Assembly (NCBI GenBank): GCA_020137815.1
Contig: CM035350.1
Location: 9,548,001 to 9,612,000, forward strand
Source: Hormiphora californensis
Lineage: Eukaryota > Animalia > Ctenophora
Direction of reading: 5' to 3'
Length of the DNA: 64,000 bases
Part shown: positions 50,178 through 62,000 of the stretch, piece by piece
Layout of the letters: each line of letters opens with the position of its first letter
How positions within the stretch are numbered: the first letter of the stretch is position 1
Made by a program: the position numbers and the translations under genes
Notes under the pieces: model-generated
The model's database searches: none
What the model saw: only the letters and a program-made list of their open reading frames with translations
Told to the model about the DNA's origin: nothing

Positions 50178-51728
50178 GGGCCACGGATTGTTGGTCATGG
50201 TTAGCGAGGTGGTGCGTCAAAACGGTGATAGTTGTGAGAATAAAAATTATGGGAGCACTCTGGATCAATTCCTTGGTAACTTTTTCCATAATTTTTTGTC
50301 AAAAATTCGAAAATTCATTTTTCATTCCTTCATTCATTTCTCGTTCATTCATGATGTGAGCATCCTAATTTTCCATCATTATGCTATTTTTCTTTGGCTT
50401 GAATTTATCTTTCCAATGAGCACCATGAAAATGAAATTGAAGCACCAGGTCACTCAGCAGTTGAGAAAATGTTCATGCATGATTTTGGCTCTTTTTGCGA
50501 CTTTCAAACAGATGTATCACGGCTACCTTTCGTTCAATCTTCTTAAAACTTTGGGAAAACATTGGATAAGCAAAGATCTTTGCTCACAAGAAAAATCAAG
50601 GCCGAAGATCAAAGTTCATTTTTCATTTTTGTTAGTTCATTCCGTTCATTCAGGAACCAACATCCCTAAAGTGATGAAAAGGTTTGGGTTTTGTTTGGCC
50701 CATGTCCTGCAATGACAGAGAGGTGTAATAGCGTGTTTCCGGGCTAGCTTGTGGGTGTCCATGTGATCATGATGATATCTGACACCTTTTCTGAGCCATA
50801 ATTAAGGGATTTTCTCAAACTCAAGCATGTAACTTGGTTTTTCTGCGATTAGTACCGTGCAGCAATGTTATGAGATCTCATAAAACCTCAAAAATGATGA
50901 TTAGCTCAATGAAATGAGTTGATTTATGATGTAATTGTTCGTTTCGTTCAATTTGACATCGGTTTTAATCTTTTCAATCATAAATCAACTCATTTCATTG
51001 AGCTAATCATCAGTTGAGGTGTTATGAGATCTCATAACATTGCTGCACGGTACTAATCGCAGAAAAACCAAGTTACATGCTTGAATTTGAGAAAATCCCT
51101 TAATTATGGCTCAGAAAAGGTGTCAGATATCATCATGATCACATGGACACCCACAAGCTAGCCCGGAAACACGCTATTACACCTCTCTGTCATTGCAGGA
51201 CATGGGCCAAACAAAACCCAAACCTTTTCATCACTTTAGGGATGTTGGTTCCTGAATGAACGGAATGAACTAACAAAAATGAAAAATGATCTTTGGCCTT
51301 GATTTTTCTTGTGAGGAAAGATCTTTGCTTATCCAATGTTTTCCCAAAGTTTTAAGAAGATTGAACGAAAGGTAGCCGTGATACATCTGTTTGAAAGTCG
51401 CAAAAAGAGCCAAAATCATGCATGAACATTTTCTCAACTGCTGAGTGACCTGGTGCTTCAATTTCATTTTCATGGTGCTCATTGGAAAGATAAATTCAAG
51501 CCAAAGAAAAATAGCATAATGATGGAAAATTAGGATGCTCACATCATGAATGAACGAGAAATGAATGAAGGAATGAAAAATGAATTTTCGAATTTTTGAC
51601 AAAAAATTATGGAAAAAGTTACCAAGGAATTGATCCAGAGTGCTCCCATAATTTTTATTCTCACAACTATCACCGTTTTGACGCACCACCTCGCTAACCA
51701 TGACCAACAATCCGTGGCCCACCTTGTA
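50178..51728. mobile_element. ~1.55-kb palindromic (foldback) Tc1/mariner-type non-autonomous element 1
   Basis: ~750-bp arms that are near-identical inverted repeats; right end CACCTTG-TA; left end clipped next to a MITE. Confidence 0.85.
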
Positions 51729-52666
51729 TATGTTATTATTAATGCGCACCCCCGGTTCGCATTATTAAAAATCGGACTTTACTGCGTGGCTCCGCTGTTG
51801 CAGCGTTTTGGAAAACCTTTTTGCCGCCGCGCGGCATTCAAATCAGTCAAGTGCCTTTTTTTATTTTCGTCCCTGGAGGCTTGAAAAGCGCTGCCTTATC
51901 CCGCGCTGCGGCGTTTGCCAACTGGATCTGGAGGCTGGACCTTGGAATGCCCTGGCCGCTGCAGCCCTGCAAGGGGCCTGCAGCGTATTCCAACCCTGGA
52001 CCCCGCTTGTGGGGGGTTTGACCCCCACTCCCCCCTAAGTCCTGACCCGGGCTGGCACCCAAGGCCCCTGGACGCACAGACCGTACACCCTGTGCGGCCA
52101 CGGGCCAACGTTAAAATCTGGAATTTGCACTTACGGTTTTTAGAGTTAGTGCTAAAGTAGGATTCGGGTTAGGGTTATTAGAGTAATTTTAGGGTGCTTT
52201 TTGGCAGCGTGCACCTGTAAACAGGCAGATCGTAACGCCACCCAGATGACAGATCGTAACGGCGCTCTTTTTTACTGTGAAGTCATGGCTCACCTAAGGA
52301 CGAGGTCAAGCTACTCCCTAGACCTTGCTATTTTTAATTTTTTTCAACTGTTCACCCCGGCCCTCCCCCTGGAATTGTTTTGCGTGCTTATCATACGCCC
52401 GAGTTTGGGGTGGACAGTTGAAGAAATAGACTTTGTCAATTGTCACTGCACCACATGGTTTAGACCGCACCGCCCTGGTTTTCGCAATGATTATTTGTGT
52501 GATATCCCTGGTCCCTGTATAAAATAGAGTCTTAATTCCAAGTGCATTGGACAACGAATTTCAAGACCTTTCAAACGCCCCGGGATGAAATTTCTACCTC
52601 ACCAGGAACTGGAGTTATTAGTAGAAACGTCTAAAAATGGGGAGGGGGAGCTGGAGATAATATATA

Positions 52667-54193
52667 CAGGGTGTCCCATATATTCTCCGGGTCGGTTGGC
52701 GAGCTGTCACGCAAAAACGGTGATAGTTGTGTGAAAACAAACTGCGGGAGTGTGCTGGATTAATTCCTTCCTAACTGATGGCTTTGTTTTAAAATTAAAT
52801 TTCAAAAGTTCATTTTTCATGAATGAACATTGCTGCCGTTCATTCATGAATTCTGAAATATTGTTTACCTTGAGTAAGTAACTTTTCTTTGGCTCGCAAT
52901 TATCTTTCCAATGAGCACCATAAAACTCAAATTGAAGCACCAGGTCACATGACAGTTGAGAAAATGAACATGCATGATTTTGGCTCTTTTTGCGACTTTC
53001 AATCGGCTGTATCACCGCTACCTTATCTTCAATCTTTTTGAAACTTTGGGTGAACATTGGATAAGCAAAGATCTTTGCTCACAAGAAAAATCAAGGTCAA
53101 AACTCAAAGTTCATTTTTAAGTTTTGGTAGTTCATTCCACTCATTCAGGAACCAACAACCCTAAAGTGATGAAAAGTGTTGGATTTTGTTTGGCCCATGT
53201 CCTGCAATGACAGAGAGGTGTAGTGACGTGTTTCAGAGCTAGTTAGTGGGTGTCATGTGATCATGGTGATATCTGACACCTTCGTTGAGTAATAATTAAG
53301 GGATTTTCTCGAATTCAAGCATGTGATTTGGGTTTTCTGCGATTGGTATCGTGCAGCAATGTTAAGAGATCTCATAGCCCCTCGAAAATGATGGTTAGTT
53401 CAATGAAATGAGTTGATTTATTATCGAAAATGGTCGTTGAGTTCAATGTGGCATCGGTTTTAATCTTATTGAGCATAAATCAACTCAATTCATTGAACTT
53501 TTCATCATTTTCGAGGTGCTATGAGATCTCTCAAGATTGCTGCACGATAAGGAAAATCCCTTAATTATGGCTCAGAAAAGGTGTCAGATATCGTCATGAT
53601 CACATGGCACCCACTAACTAGCTCGGAAACACGTTACTACACCTCTCTGTCATTACAGGACATGTACCAAGCAAAATCCAACACTTTTCATCACTTTAGG
53701 GTTGTTGGTTCCTGAATGAGTGGAATGAACTACCAAAACTTAAAAATGAACTTTGAGTTTTGACCTTGATTTTTCTTGTGAGCAAAGATCTTTGCTTATC
53801 CAATGTTCATCCAAAGTTTCAAAAAGATTGAAGATAAGGTAGCGGTGATACAGCCGATTGAAAGTCGCAAAAAGAGCCAAAATCATGCATGTTCATTTTC
53901 TCAACTATCATGTGACCTGGTGCTTCAATTTGAGTTTTATGGTGCTCATTGGAAAGATAATTGCGAGCCAAAGAAAAGTTACTTACTCAAGGTAAACAAT
54001 ATTTCAGAATTCATGAATGAACGGCAGCAATGTTCATTCATGAAAAATGAACTTTTGAAATTTAATTTTAAAACAAAGCCATCAGTTAGGAAGGAATTAA
54101 TCCAGCACACTCCCGCAGTTTGTTTTCACACAACTATCACCGTTTTTGCGTGACAGCTCGCCAACCGACCCGGAGAATATATGGGACACCCTG
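52667..54193. mobile_element. ~1.53-kb palindromic Tc1/mariner-type non-autonomous element 2
   Basis: TA-CAGGGTGTCCC...GGGACACCCTG-TA; ~740-bp inverted arms; homologous to element 1. Confidence 0.9.
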
Positions 54194-54195
54194 TA

Positions 54196-54237
<42 letters not shown>

Positions 54238-54801
54238 CATAAGCAATAATCATCCACAAAGTTATTATCGGCCAGGCCAAATCGGCTCGAGTGTGCACTA
54301 TGCAGGTTGCTACAGTGAGTGTAGTCACTGTAGGTACAGTGTATACACGCAGCATTCTTTCCAGCCCCCTGGGTACTATTCGAGTTGCAGCACATTCCAA
54401 ATCTCACGGTTTTTAGTGCTAAGGTAGGGCTGGGCTTGCTCGACCCTGTTTCCCACGCCCCGCCCGGTAGGGGGGTTAGAACATGACAAGGCGGGGCTTC
54501 AGGTTGTGGTTAGGACTTGAGATTTCCTATTAGATAAATTTGAATTAGCCAAAACGGTGGAGTGGAGTGGTGGTTAGCACGGTGCGGCTACTGTTGTGTT
54601 CCCTAATTCCTCGTCAACTTCAATGATTACCGGGAAGTAAACTTTGAATAGACAGACTTTTTAGTGTGAGAGAGTATTATAAAAGTTATCAAACACCCTG
54701 CATGTAACATCGAGTGTTCAGTTCCAATTCCTTTTTAACCCAATGGAAAATTGGAAATTCTTCCATGAAATTGAAATAGTCAAATAATATAATAACTAAT
54801 A

Positions 54802-54973
54802 CAGTCGGACCCCGATTTAGGGACACCCTCGGGGGAAAGGCTCTTGTCCACTAAATCGGGGTGTCCACTAAATCGGGGTCAAATAAGGTTAATTTCCTAT
54901 ATCGGGGGAATAAAATCCTGTCCCTAAATCGGGGTGCCACTAAATCGGGGGGCCCTAAATCGGGGTCCGACTG
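54802..54973. mobile_element. pogo/Tigger-like MITE
   Basis: TA-CAGTCGGACCCCGATTTAGGG...CCCTAAATCGGGGTCCGACTG-TA. Confidence 0.9.
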
Positions 54974-55107
54974 TAGTTGCCTAGCTAGACAAAAGGAGGG
55001 TTAGAACATAACAATTAACAAACTAATAGATAATTAAACAATTGATTAAATAACAACAACCGTGACCAGGATGTAGGGGCCAATGAAGAGAAGAGTTACA
55101 GTTGGCT

Positions 55108-56573
55108 ATGGATTTTGCCCAGAAGCGCCTCAAAAGAGAGCTGATCGAGCTGCAAACTGATCCTCCCGATGGAATTAAACTTGAAACTGACAGCGTTTCT
55201 TGTGTCAATAACTGGTAAAATGGAAATTAGTACTGCTATCTGTTTGGTAATGAAATTACATCGTGAGCTATACAGCGTAATAGGGGTGTCTCCGTTACCA
55301 AGTTATCTTGTATAGTCATGTTGGTCCCTCGAGTAGAAATGCTATTACTGTCAGGCCAATGCTCTGACATTGTTATTATGATTATATAAACATGTGAAGT
55401 TTCCAGTCCGTATACTGTCTACCACCTGTTGGAACAATAAACAGTTAACAATAACCCTCTCTTCCTTCTGCAGCTGGCTGGTAAATATCAAGGGGGCCAA
55501 AGGAACAATGTTCGCAGCAGAGCAATTCAAACTACAGATCAAATTCACTACCCGTTACCCCTTCGAAGCACCAATAGTAAGATTAATTTTCTGTCGTGGT
55601 TGTTTCAAGGAATATTGACTGATTTGAAAATTTCTGGGAAGGGGGAGTTGCCTTATGGGAACCAACAGACAGCATACTATTCAATTAATTAATAATTAAG
55701 TAATTTGTTAATAGTGAGAGAGATGAAGCTCGATCAAGTAATATAACCTCATTTTCAGGTAATGTTTGTTGGAGAGCCACCTCTTCATCCCCACGTCTAC
55801 AGCAATGGCCACATCTGCCTATCAATCTTAACTGAAGACTGGTCCCCCGCCTTCAGTATATCAACCATTTGTCTGAGCATTCTCAGCATGCTCAGCTCAT
55901 GCACCGAGAAGGTATGTGACGTGTGTTCGTGTTGTGACATGTAAAATTATGCGTCTGTTTGAACTTTATTTCTTTGTTCTGTAGTAGTTACACAACATAT
56001 AATATGCGAGGTTGCATATTATGACTACCTCTGTGAGTTAATGTCATGCCATTATCAATACATTTCATGTATAAATATAAGAAGTTGTATAATGTTCCCA
56101 TAGTTTTGGCCACTTTTCTATTCTTCCTTTCATAATATCCTCTCTTTTTTACTGCTGTTCTCTTCCTCCCTAAGTTATTCTCATCAACATACCTACATTC
56201 TTGGTCTGCTAAATCACTGTCTAACTCACACTCAAGTTACACACGAGGTGTCATGCGGGTACGTGTGTGTGTGTGTGTGTTCTTTCCTTGGAACTCACAC
56301 GCATACACCTACACCACATTTCGTGAGAGAGTTATGAGATGAGAAATAGAGACAGGTAGAGAGACAGGTAGCGAGATGAGTCAGATGAGTGAGGGAGAGC
56401 GAGAGAAAGAAGCGAAGAGATAGAGCGCGAGCAAGAGAGACAGAGAGAGAGAGAGAGCTAGAGAGGATATTTATACTTCTGTGTTCCGATTGAATGAATG
56501 AGTAGTAAGTTATTACTTGTGCCGTGTATTGACCCTACATATGTTCTATGTGAGAGAGAGATTGGACGTAAAG

Positions 56574-56624
<51 letters not shown>

Positions 56625-57437
56625 AAGAGAGAAAGATCACAAGTAGTGGAGGCACACACATTATTATACACACACACGTGAACGCAATTTCAAATTTGTC
56701 GCTCTCTATCTCCTTCTTGATAGATGTCATCTTATTCCCTATTCCCAGTTTTTATGGTCGGTTTTCAAAAGTTTATTTTCCCAGTTTTTAACATCCACGA
56801 TTCTAGTTGTCTAAAGTCAAAACACTTGTTTTCAACTTCTGATTACTTTTTGTCTAAAGTTTTGACACCCTGTAAATATCCACTCTCCCCAACTCCCTCG
56901 AGATTTGCTGACATCTTTTATTACAGGGCCGACCGCCCGGTAACGACCTCTACGTGCAAACATGTCACAAGGACCCTCGGAAAACATCTTGGTGGTACCA
57001 TGGTAAGTTAAATCAGAGATTTTAAATTTTAAACAGGACTAGATATTTGAACTACCATTACCTACACATAAAACGGAATATTTTGGATGGCTTTGTGTGT
57101 GTATAACAGTGTACACTATAATGCGTCGTTGCAGTTTCCCTTTCGCCGTGGCTTGCAATCTGTATATTTATAGTACCATAACAAACGATCATGTAATTTT
57201 AGATTCCCTCTCGACATGATGTAACGCGCAAAGGATCAACTTTAACATGTCAGCATTGTAGCATTTGCGCGAAATGTGCGCGCAATGTCATTAGGTTTCG
57301 CAAGCCAGGGCCCAGGGTCCCTGATCTAAGTCACTGATAAAAGACTGACGCGGTTTTCAAATTTCAGTCAGTAGAGTCTTGTCTAGTACGAATCAAGGTA
57401 ATAACCAACATCCTCATTTTCAGATGATAAAGTTTAA
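55108..57437 (+). CDS. UBE2W: Ubiquitin-conjugating enzyme E2 W
   Basis: 5 exons (55108-55214, 55474-55576, 55759-55911, 56927-57002, 57424-57437); [22 protein letters not shown]; C-terminal WWYHDD. Confidence 0.95.
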
Positions 57438-58192
57438 AAGAGGGATGCAACAAGATGCAATTGAGAAGAGAGTCATATGTTTTCATGTAATATTTTGTGT
57501 GTGTATCGCGCTCTAACTTGTGTGAATTCTCAATATTGGACCCTGTAAATGTGGAATTGAATATAACTTATTTCATTCTAGAGATAGATTTCCCCATATC
57601 ATCTCAAACATCACCAAAAATATGTACAGTTTCAAGATTGGGTTATCATGTGTGTTGTATATAAGAGTTTGGGTAAATTGTAAACAAAATTAACGACCGT
57701 TAGAACTATTTGACATGTTTGTGCGTCAAGAGATATTATAATTGGACGGGGAAGATGTTTAAAAAATATATATTTTTGCTGCTATATTTTGCAACTTTAT
57801 TTTCTCCACTGATCACCGAACAGATGAATATATCTCACTCGAAATATAGCTGTTCTTATTTCTTAACAAACCGAATATATTTGTAGTCGTCACTTTTCAA
57901 AACACTTCCGATTAAATGGCAGAAAACTGAAATGTATAAAACAAAAATCACAATCTTGAAAGATCATATTATTTTACAAGCACTTGTTCGTGCTGGGATC
58001 TTGAACAAACAACTTATTTCATATTAATGCACACAGAATCCAGCCCATATTTTACACGGTCAATATCGCTCACACTCACACACAAAAAGAGAGTTAACAC
58101 ATGTTCACAGAAGAATTCAAAGGTCCATACAGACAGATCACACACACAAATCAATCCAGATCATAATGACATTGTTTGTAAGTTGCATTTTT

Positions 58193-59060
58193 TCATTGGA
58201 GGTTCACAATTTCATCCAACTGCTTGGTATACCGCTCCAAATCTTTAGCAGATTTCTTGCTCTTGTAGGAGCGGAAGTAGAGCTGAAGGAGCTCCGAATA
58301 TTCCTTTTTGGTAAACCGTTTCTCCTGTTCAACAATTCTTCGTAGTATCTCCTGGGGGATGGAGCTGTGTTAGATTCACGAGGGGACGGAAACAGTATAA
58401 CTGGAAATAAATGATACATTTCTCAAAACAATGTTCTAGGCCATTGTGCCTTACCTCGGGTTTCAGATAAAGCAGCTCGTAGTAGAACCGTGCCCTTTCC
58501 AACTCTAGCTCACAAGTCAGGGTTATGTTTGTTAAGTTCTGTTGGAGAGCCAAGATGTTCCTTGACATTTTCTTGATTCCCGCACTATTTATCTCCTTTA
58601 TATTGCAGGCGTTATCGATAACTATCGCACTCATAACGTACCCCAGACCCTCAAATAGGAACCTGAGAAGGAAATAGGAACCTGAGAACCTGAGAAGGGG
58701 AACCTGAGAAGGTTGTTGAGTAAGGGGAACCTGAGAAGGGGTTACCCGTTACCGGTTAAATCTAAATTCAAGATTTGAGAAGGGGTTTCAAAATTCATTG
58801 ATCATCTGATAATGCAGATACTGAAAACTGTTTATCGATCGGAGCGCGCAATCGGAGTGCACGAGAACTGTGGTCAGAGCATTGGCCTGACAGTTTCCAG
58901 ATGGAACAGTGTCACTATCTAGAGAGGGATCTATGTGTTACTTGGTATGTGTGGCAGGAAGATAATCCTTGATCTTCTCCTCCATTTCATAATAAAACTT
59001 GTTGAGAAGTGTTACGCCAGTGTCCGGGTCTGAGTTCTCAGTGTCCGGCTTATAATCTTG
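58193..59060 (-). CDS. EXOC4: Exocyst complex component 4 (Sec8), last three exons
   Basis: Exons 59060-58942, 58662-58455 and 58351-58193; FLFEGLG..GIKKMSRNILALQQNLTNIT..ARFYYELLY. Confidence 0.93.
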
Positions 59061-62000
59061 CTGTGGGGGGAGAGAGGGGAGAGGGGTAATACAACAAGGG
59101 CTTATAGTCTTGCTGTGGGGGGGGGTAATACAACAAGGGCTTATAGTCTTGCTGTGGGGGGGGGGGGGGGGTAATACAACAAGGGCTTATAGTCTTGCTG
59201 TGGGGGGAGGGGGTAATACAACAAGGGCTTATAGTCTTGCTGTGGGGGGAGAGAGGGGTAATACAACAAGGGCTTATAGTCTTGCTGTGGGGGGAGAGGG
59301 GTAATACAACAAGGGCTTATAGTCTTGCTGGGGGGGGGAGGGGTAATACAACAAGGGCTTATAGTCTTGCTGTGGGGGGAGAGGGGTAATACAACAAGGG
59401 CTTATAGTCTTGCTGTGGGGGGGGGGGGGTAATACAACAAGGGCTTATAGTCTTGCTGTGGGGGGGAGGGGTAATACAACAAGGGCTTATAGTCTTGCTG
59501 TGGGGGGAGAGGGGTAATACAACAAGGGCTTATAGTCTTGCTGTGGGGGGGGGGGGGTAATACAACAAGGGCTTATAGTCTTGCTGTGGGGGGGGAGGGG
59601 GTAATACAACAAGGGCTTATAGTCTTGCTGTGGGGGGAGAGGGGTAATACAACAACGGGCTTATAGTCTTGCTGTGGGGGGGAGAGGGGGTAATACAACA
59701 AGGGCTTATAGTCTTGCTGTGGGGGGAGAGGGGTAATACAACAAGGGCTTATAGTCTTGCTGTGGGGGGGGGGAGGGGGTAATACAACAAGGGCTTATAG
59801 TCTTGCTGTGGGGGGGGGGGGGGGTAATACAACAAGGGCTTATAGTCTTGCTGTGGGGGGAGAGGGGGTAGGGGGTAATACAACAAGGGCTTATAGTCTT
59901 GCTGTGGGGGGAGAGGGGGGGTAATACAACAAGGGCTTATAGTCTTGCTGTGGGGGGGGGGAGGGGTAATACAACAAGGGCTTATAGTCTTGCTGTGGGG
60001 GGAGAGGGGGTAATACAACAAGGGCTTATAGTCTTGCTGTGAGGGAGGGGGGGTAATACAACAAGGGCTTATAGTCTTGCTGTGGGGGGGAGAGGGGTAA
60101 TACAACAAGGGCTTATAGTCTTGCTGTGGGGGAGGGAGGGGTAATACAACAAGGGCTTATAGTCTTGCTGTGGGGGGGAGGGGGGGTAATACAACAAGGG
60201 CTTATAGTCTTGCTGTGGGGGGGGAGAGGGGTAATACAACAAGGGCTTATAGTCTTGCTGTGGGGGGGTAATACAACAAGGGCTTATAGTCTTGCTGTGG
60301 GGGGGAGGGGGTAATACAACAAGGGCTTATAGTCTTGCTGTGGGGGAGAGGGGGTAATACAACAAGGGCTTATAGTCTTGCTGTGGGGGGAGGGGGGTAA
60401 TACAACAAGGGCTTATAGTCTTGCTGTGGGGGGGAGGGGGTAATACAACAAGGGCTTATAGTCTTGCTGTGGGGGGGGGGGGAGAGGGGTAATACAACAG
60501 GGCTTATAGTCTTGCTGTGGGGGGAGGGGGGTAATACAACAAGGGCTTATAGTCTTGCTGTGGGAGAGAGGGGGTGATACAACAAGGGCTTATAGTCTTG
60601 CTGTGGGGGGAGAGGGGGTAATACAACAAGGGCTTATAGTCTTGCTGTGGGGGGGAGGGGGTAATACAACAAGGGCTTATAGTCTTGCTGTGGGGGGAGA
60701 GGGGGTAATACAACAAGGGCTTATAGTCTTGCTGTGGGGGGAGAGGGGGTAATACAACAAGGGCTTATAGTCTTGCTGTGGGGGGAGAGGGGTAATACAA
60801 CAAGGGCTTATAGTCTTGCTGTGGGGGGGAGGGGGTAATACAACAAGGGCTTATAGTCTTGCTGTGGGGGGAGGGGGTAATACAACAAGGGCTTATAGTC
60901 TTGCTGTGGGGGGGAGAGGGGTAATACAACAAGGGCTTATAGTCTTGCTGTGGGGGGAGGAGGGGGTAATACAACAAGGGCTTATAGTCTTGCTGTGGGG
61001 GGGAGGGGGTAATACAACAAGGGCTTATAGTCTTGCTGTGGGGGGAGAGGGGGTAATACAACAAGGGCTTATAGTCTTGCTGTGGGGGGAGAGGGGGTAA
61101 TACAACAAGGGCTTATAGTCTTGCTGTGGGGGGAGAGGGGTAATACAACAAGGGCTTATAGTCTTGCTGTGGGGGGAGAGGGGGTAATACAACAAGGGCT
61201 TATAGTCTTGCTGTGGGGGGGAGAGGGGGTAATACAACAAGGGCTTATAGTCTTGCTGTGGGGGGGAGAGGGGGTAATACAACAAGGGCTTATAGTCTTG
61301 CTGTGGGGGGAGAGGGGTAATACAACAAGGGCTTATAGTCTTGCTGTGGGGGGGAGAGGGGGTAATACAACAAGGGCTTATAGTCTTGCTGTGGGGGGAG
61401 GGGGTAATACAACAAGGGCTTATAGTCTTGCTGTGGGGGGGAGAGGGGGTAATACAACAAGGGCTTATAGTCTTGCTGTGGGGGGAGAGGGGTAATACAA
61501 CAAGGGCTTATAGTCTTGCTGTGGGGGGGGAGGGGGTAATACAACAAGGGCTTATAGTCTTGCTGTGGGGGGAGAGGGGGTAATACAACAAGGGCTTATA
61601 GTCTTGCTGTGGGGGGGAGAGGGGTAATACAACAAGGGCTTATAGTCTTGCTGTGGGGGGAGGGGGTAATACAACAAGGGCTTATAGTCTTGCTGTGGGG
61701 GGGAGGGGGTAATACAACAAGGGCTTATAGTCTTGCTGTGGGGGGGAGGGGGTAATACAACAAGGGCTTATAGTCTTGCTGTGGGGGGGAGAGGGGTAAT
61801 ACAACAAGGGCTTATAGTCTTGCTGTGGGGGGGGAGGGGGTAATACAACAAGGGCTTATAGTCTTGCTGTGGGGGGAGAGGGGTAATACAACAAGGGCTT
61901 ATAGTCTTGCTGTGGGGGGAGAGGGGGTAATACAACAAGGGCTTATAGTCTTGCTGTGGGGGGAGAGGGGGTAATACAACAAGGGCTTATAGTCTTGCTG

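Larger units (their letters stand above)
46676..52260. repeat. Dispersed repeat family carrying degenerate CCCTAA tracts (about 46.7-47.04, 48.24-48.5, 49.1-49.52 kb; inverted at 52.1-52.25 kb)
   Basis: Shared CCTGTTTACAGGTGCG..GCTGCCAAAA and CACCCAGATTTTAACG blocks. Confidence 0.7.

Noticed and set aside
49930-54153. Duplicated ORFs on opposite strands (261/159 aa and 116/116 aa)
   Set aside because: A by-product of palindromic arms; no transposase or other motifs
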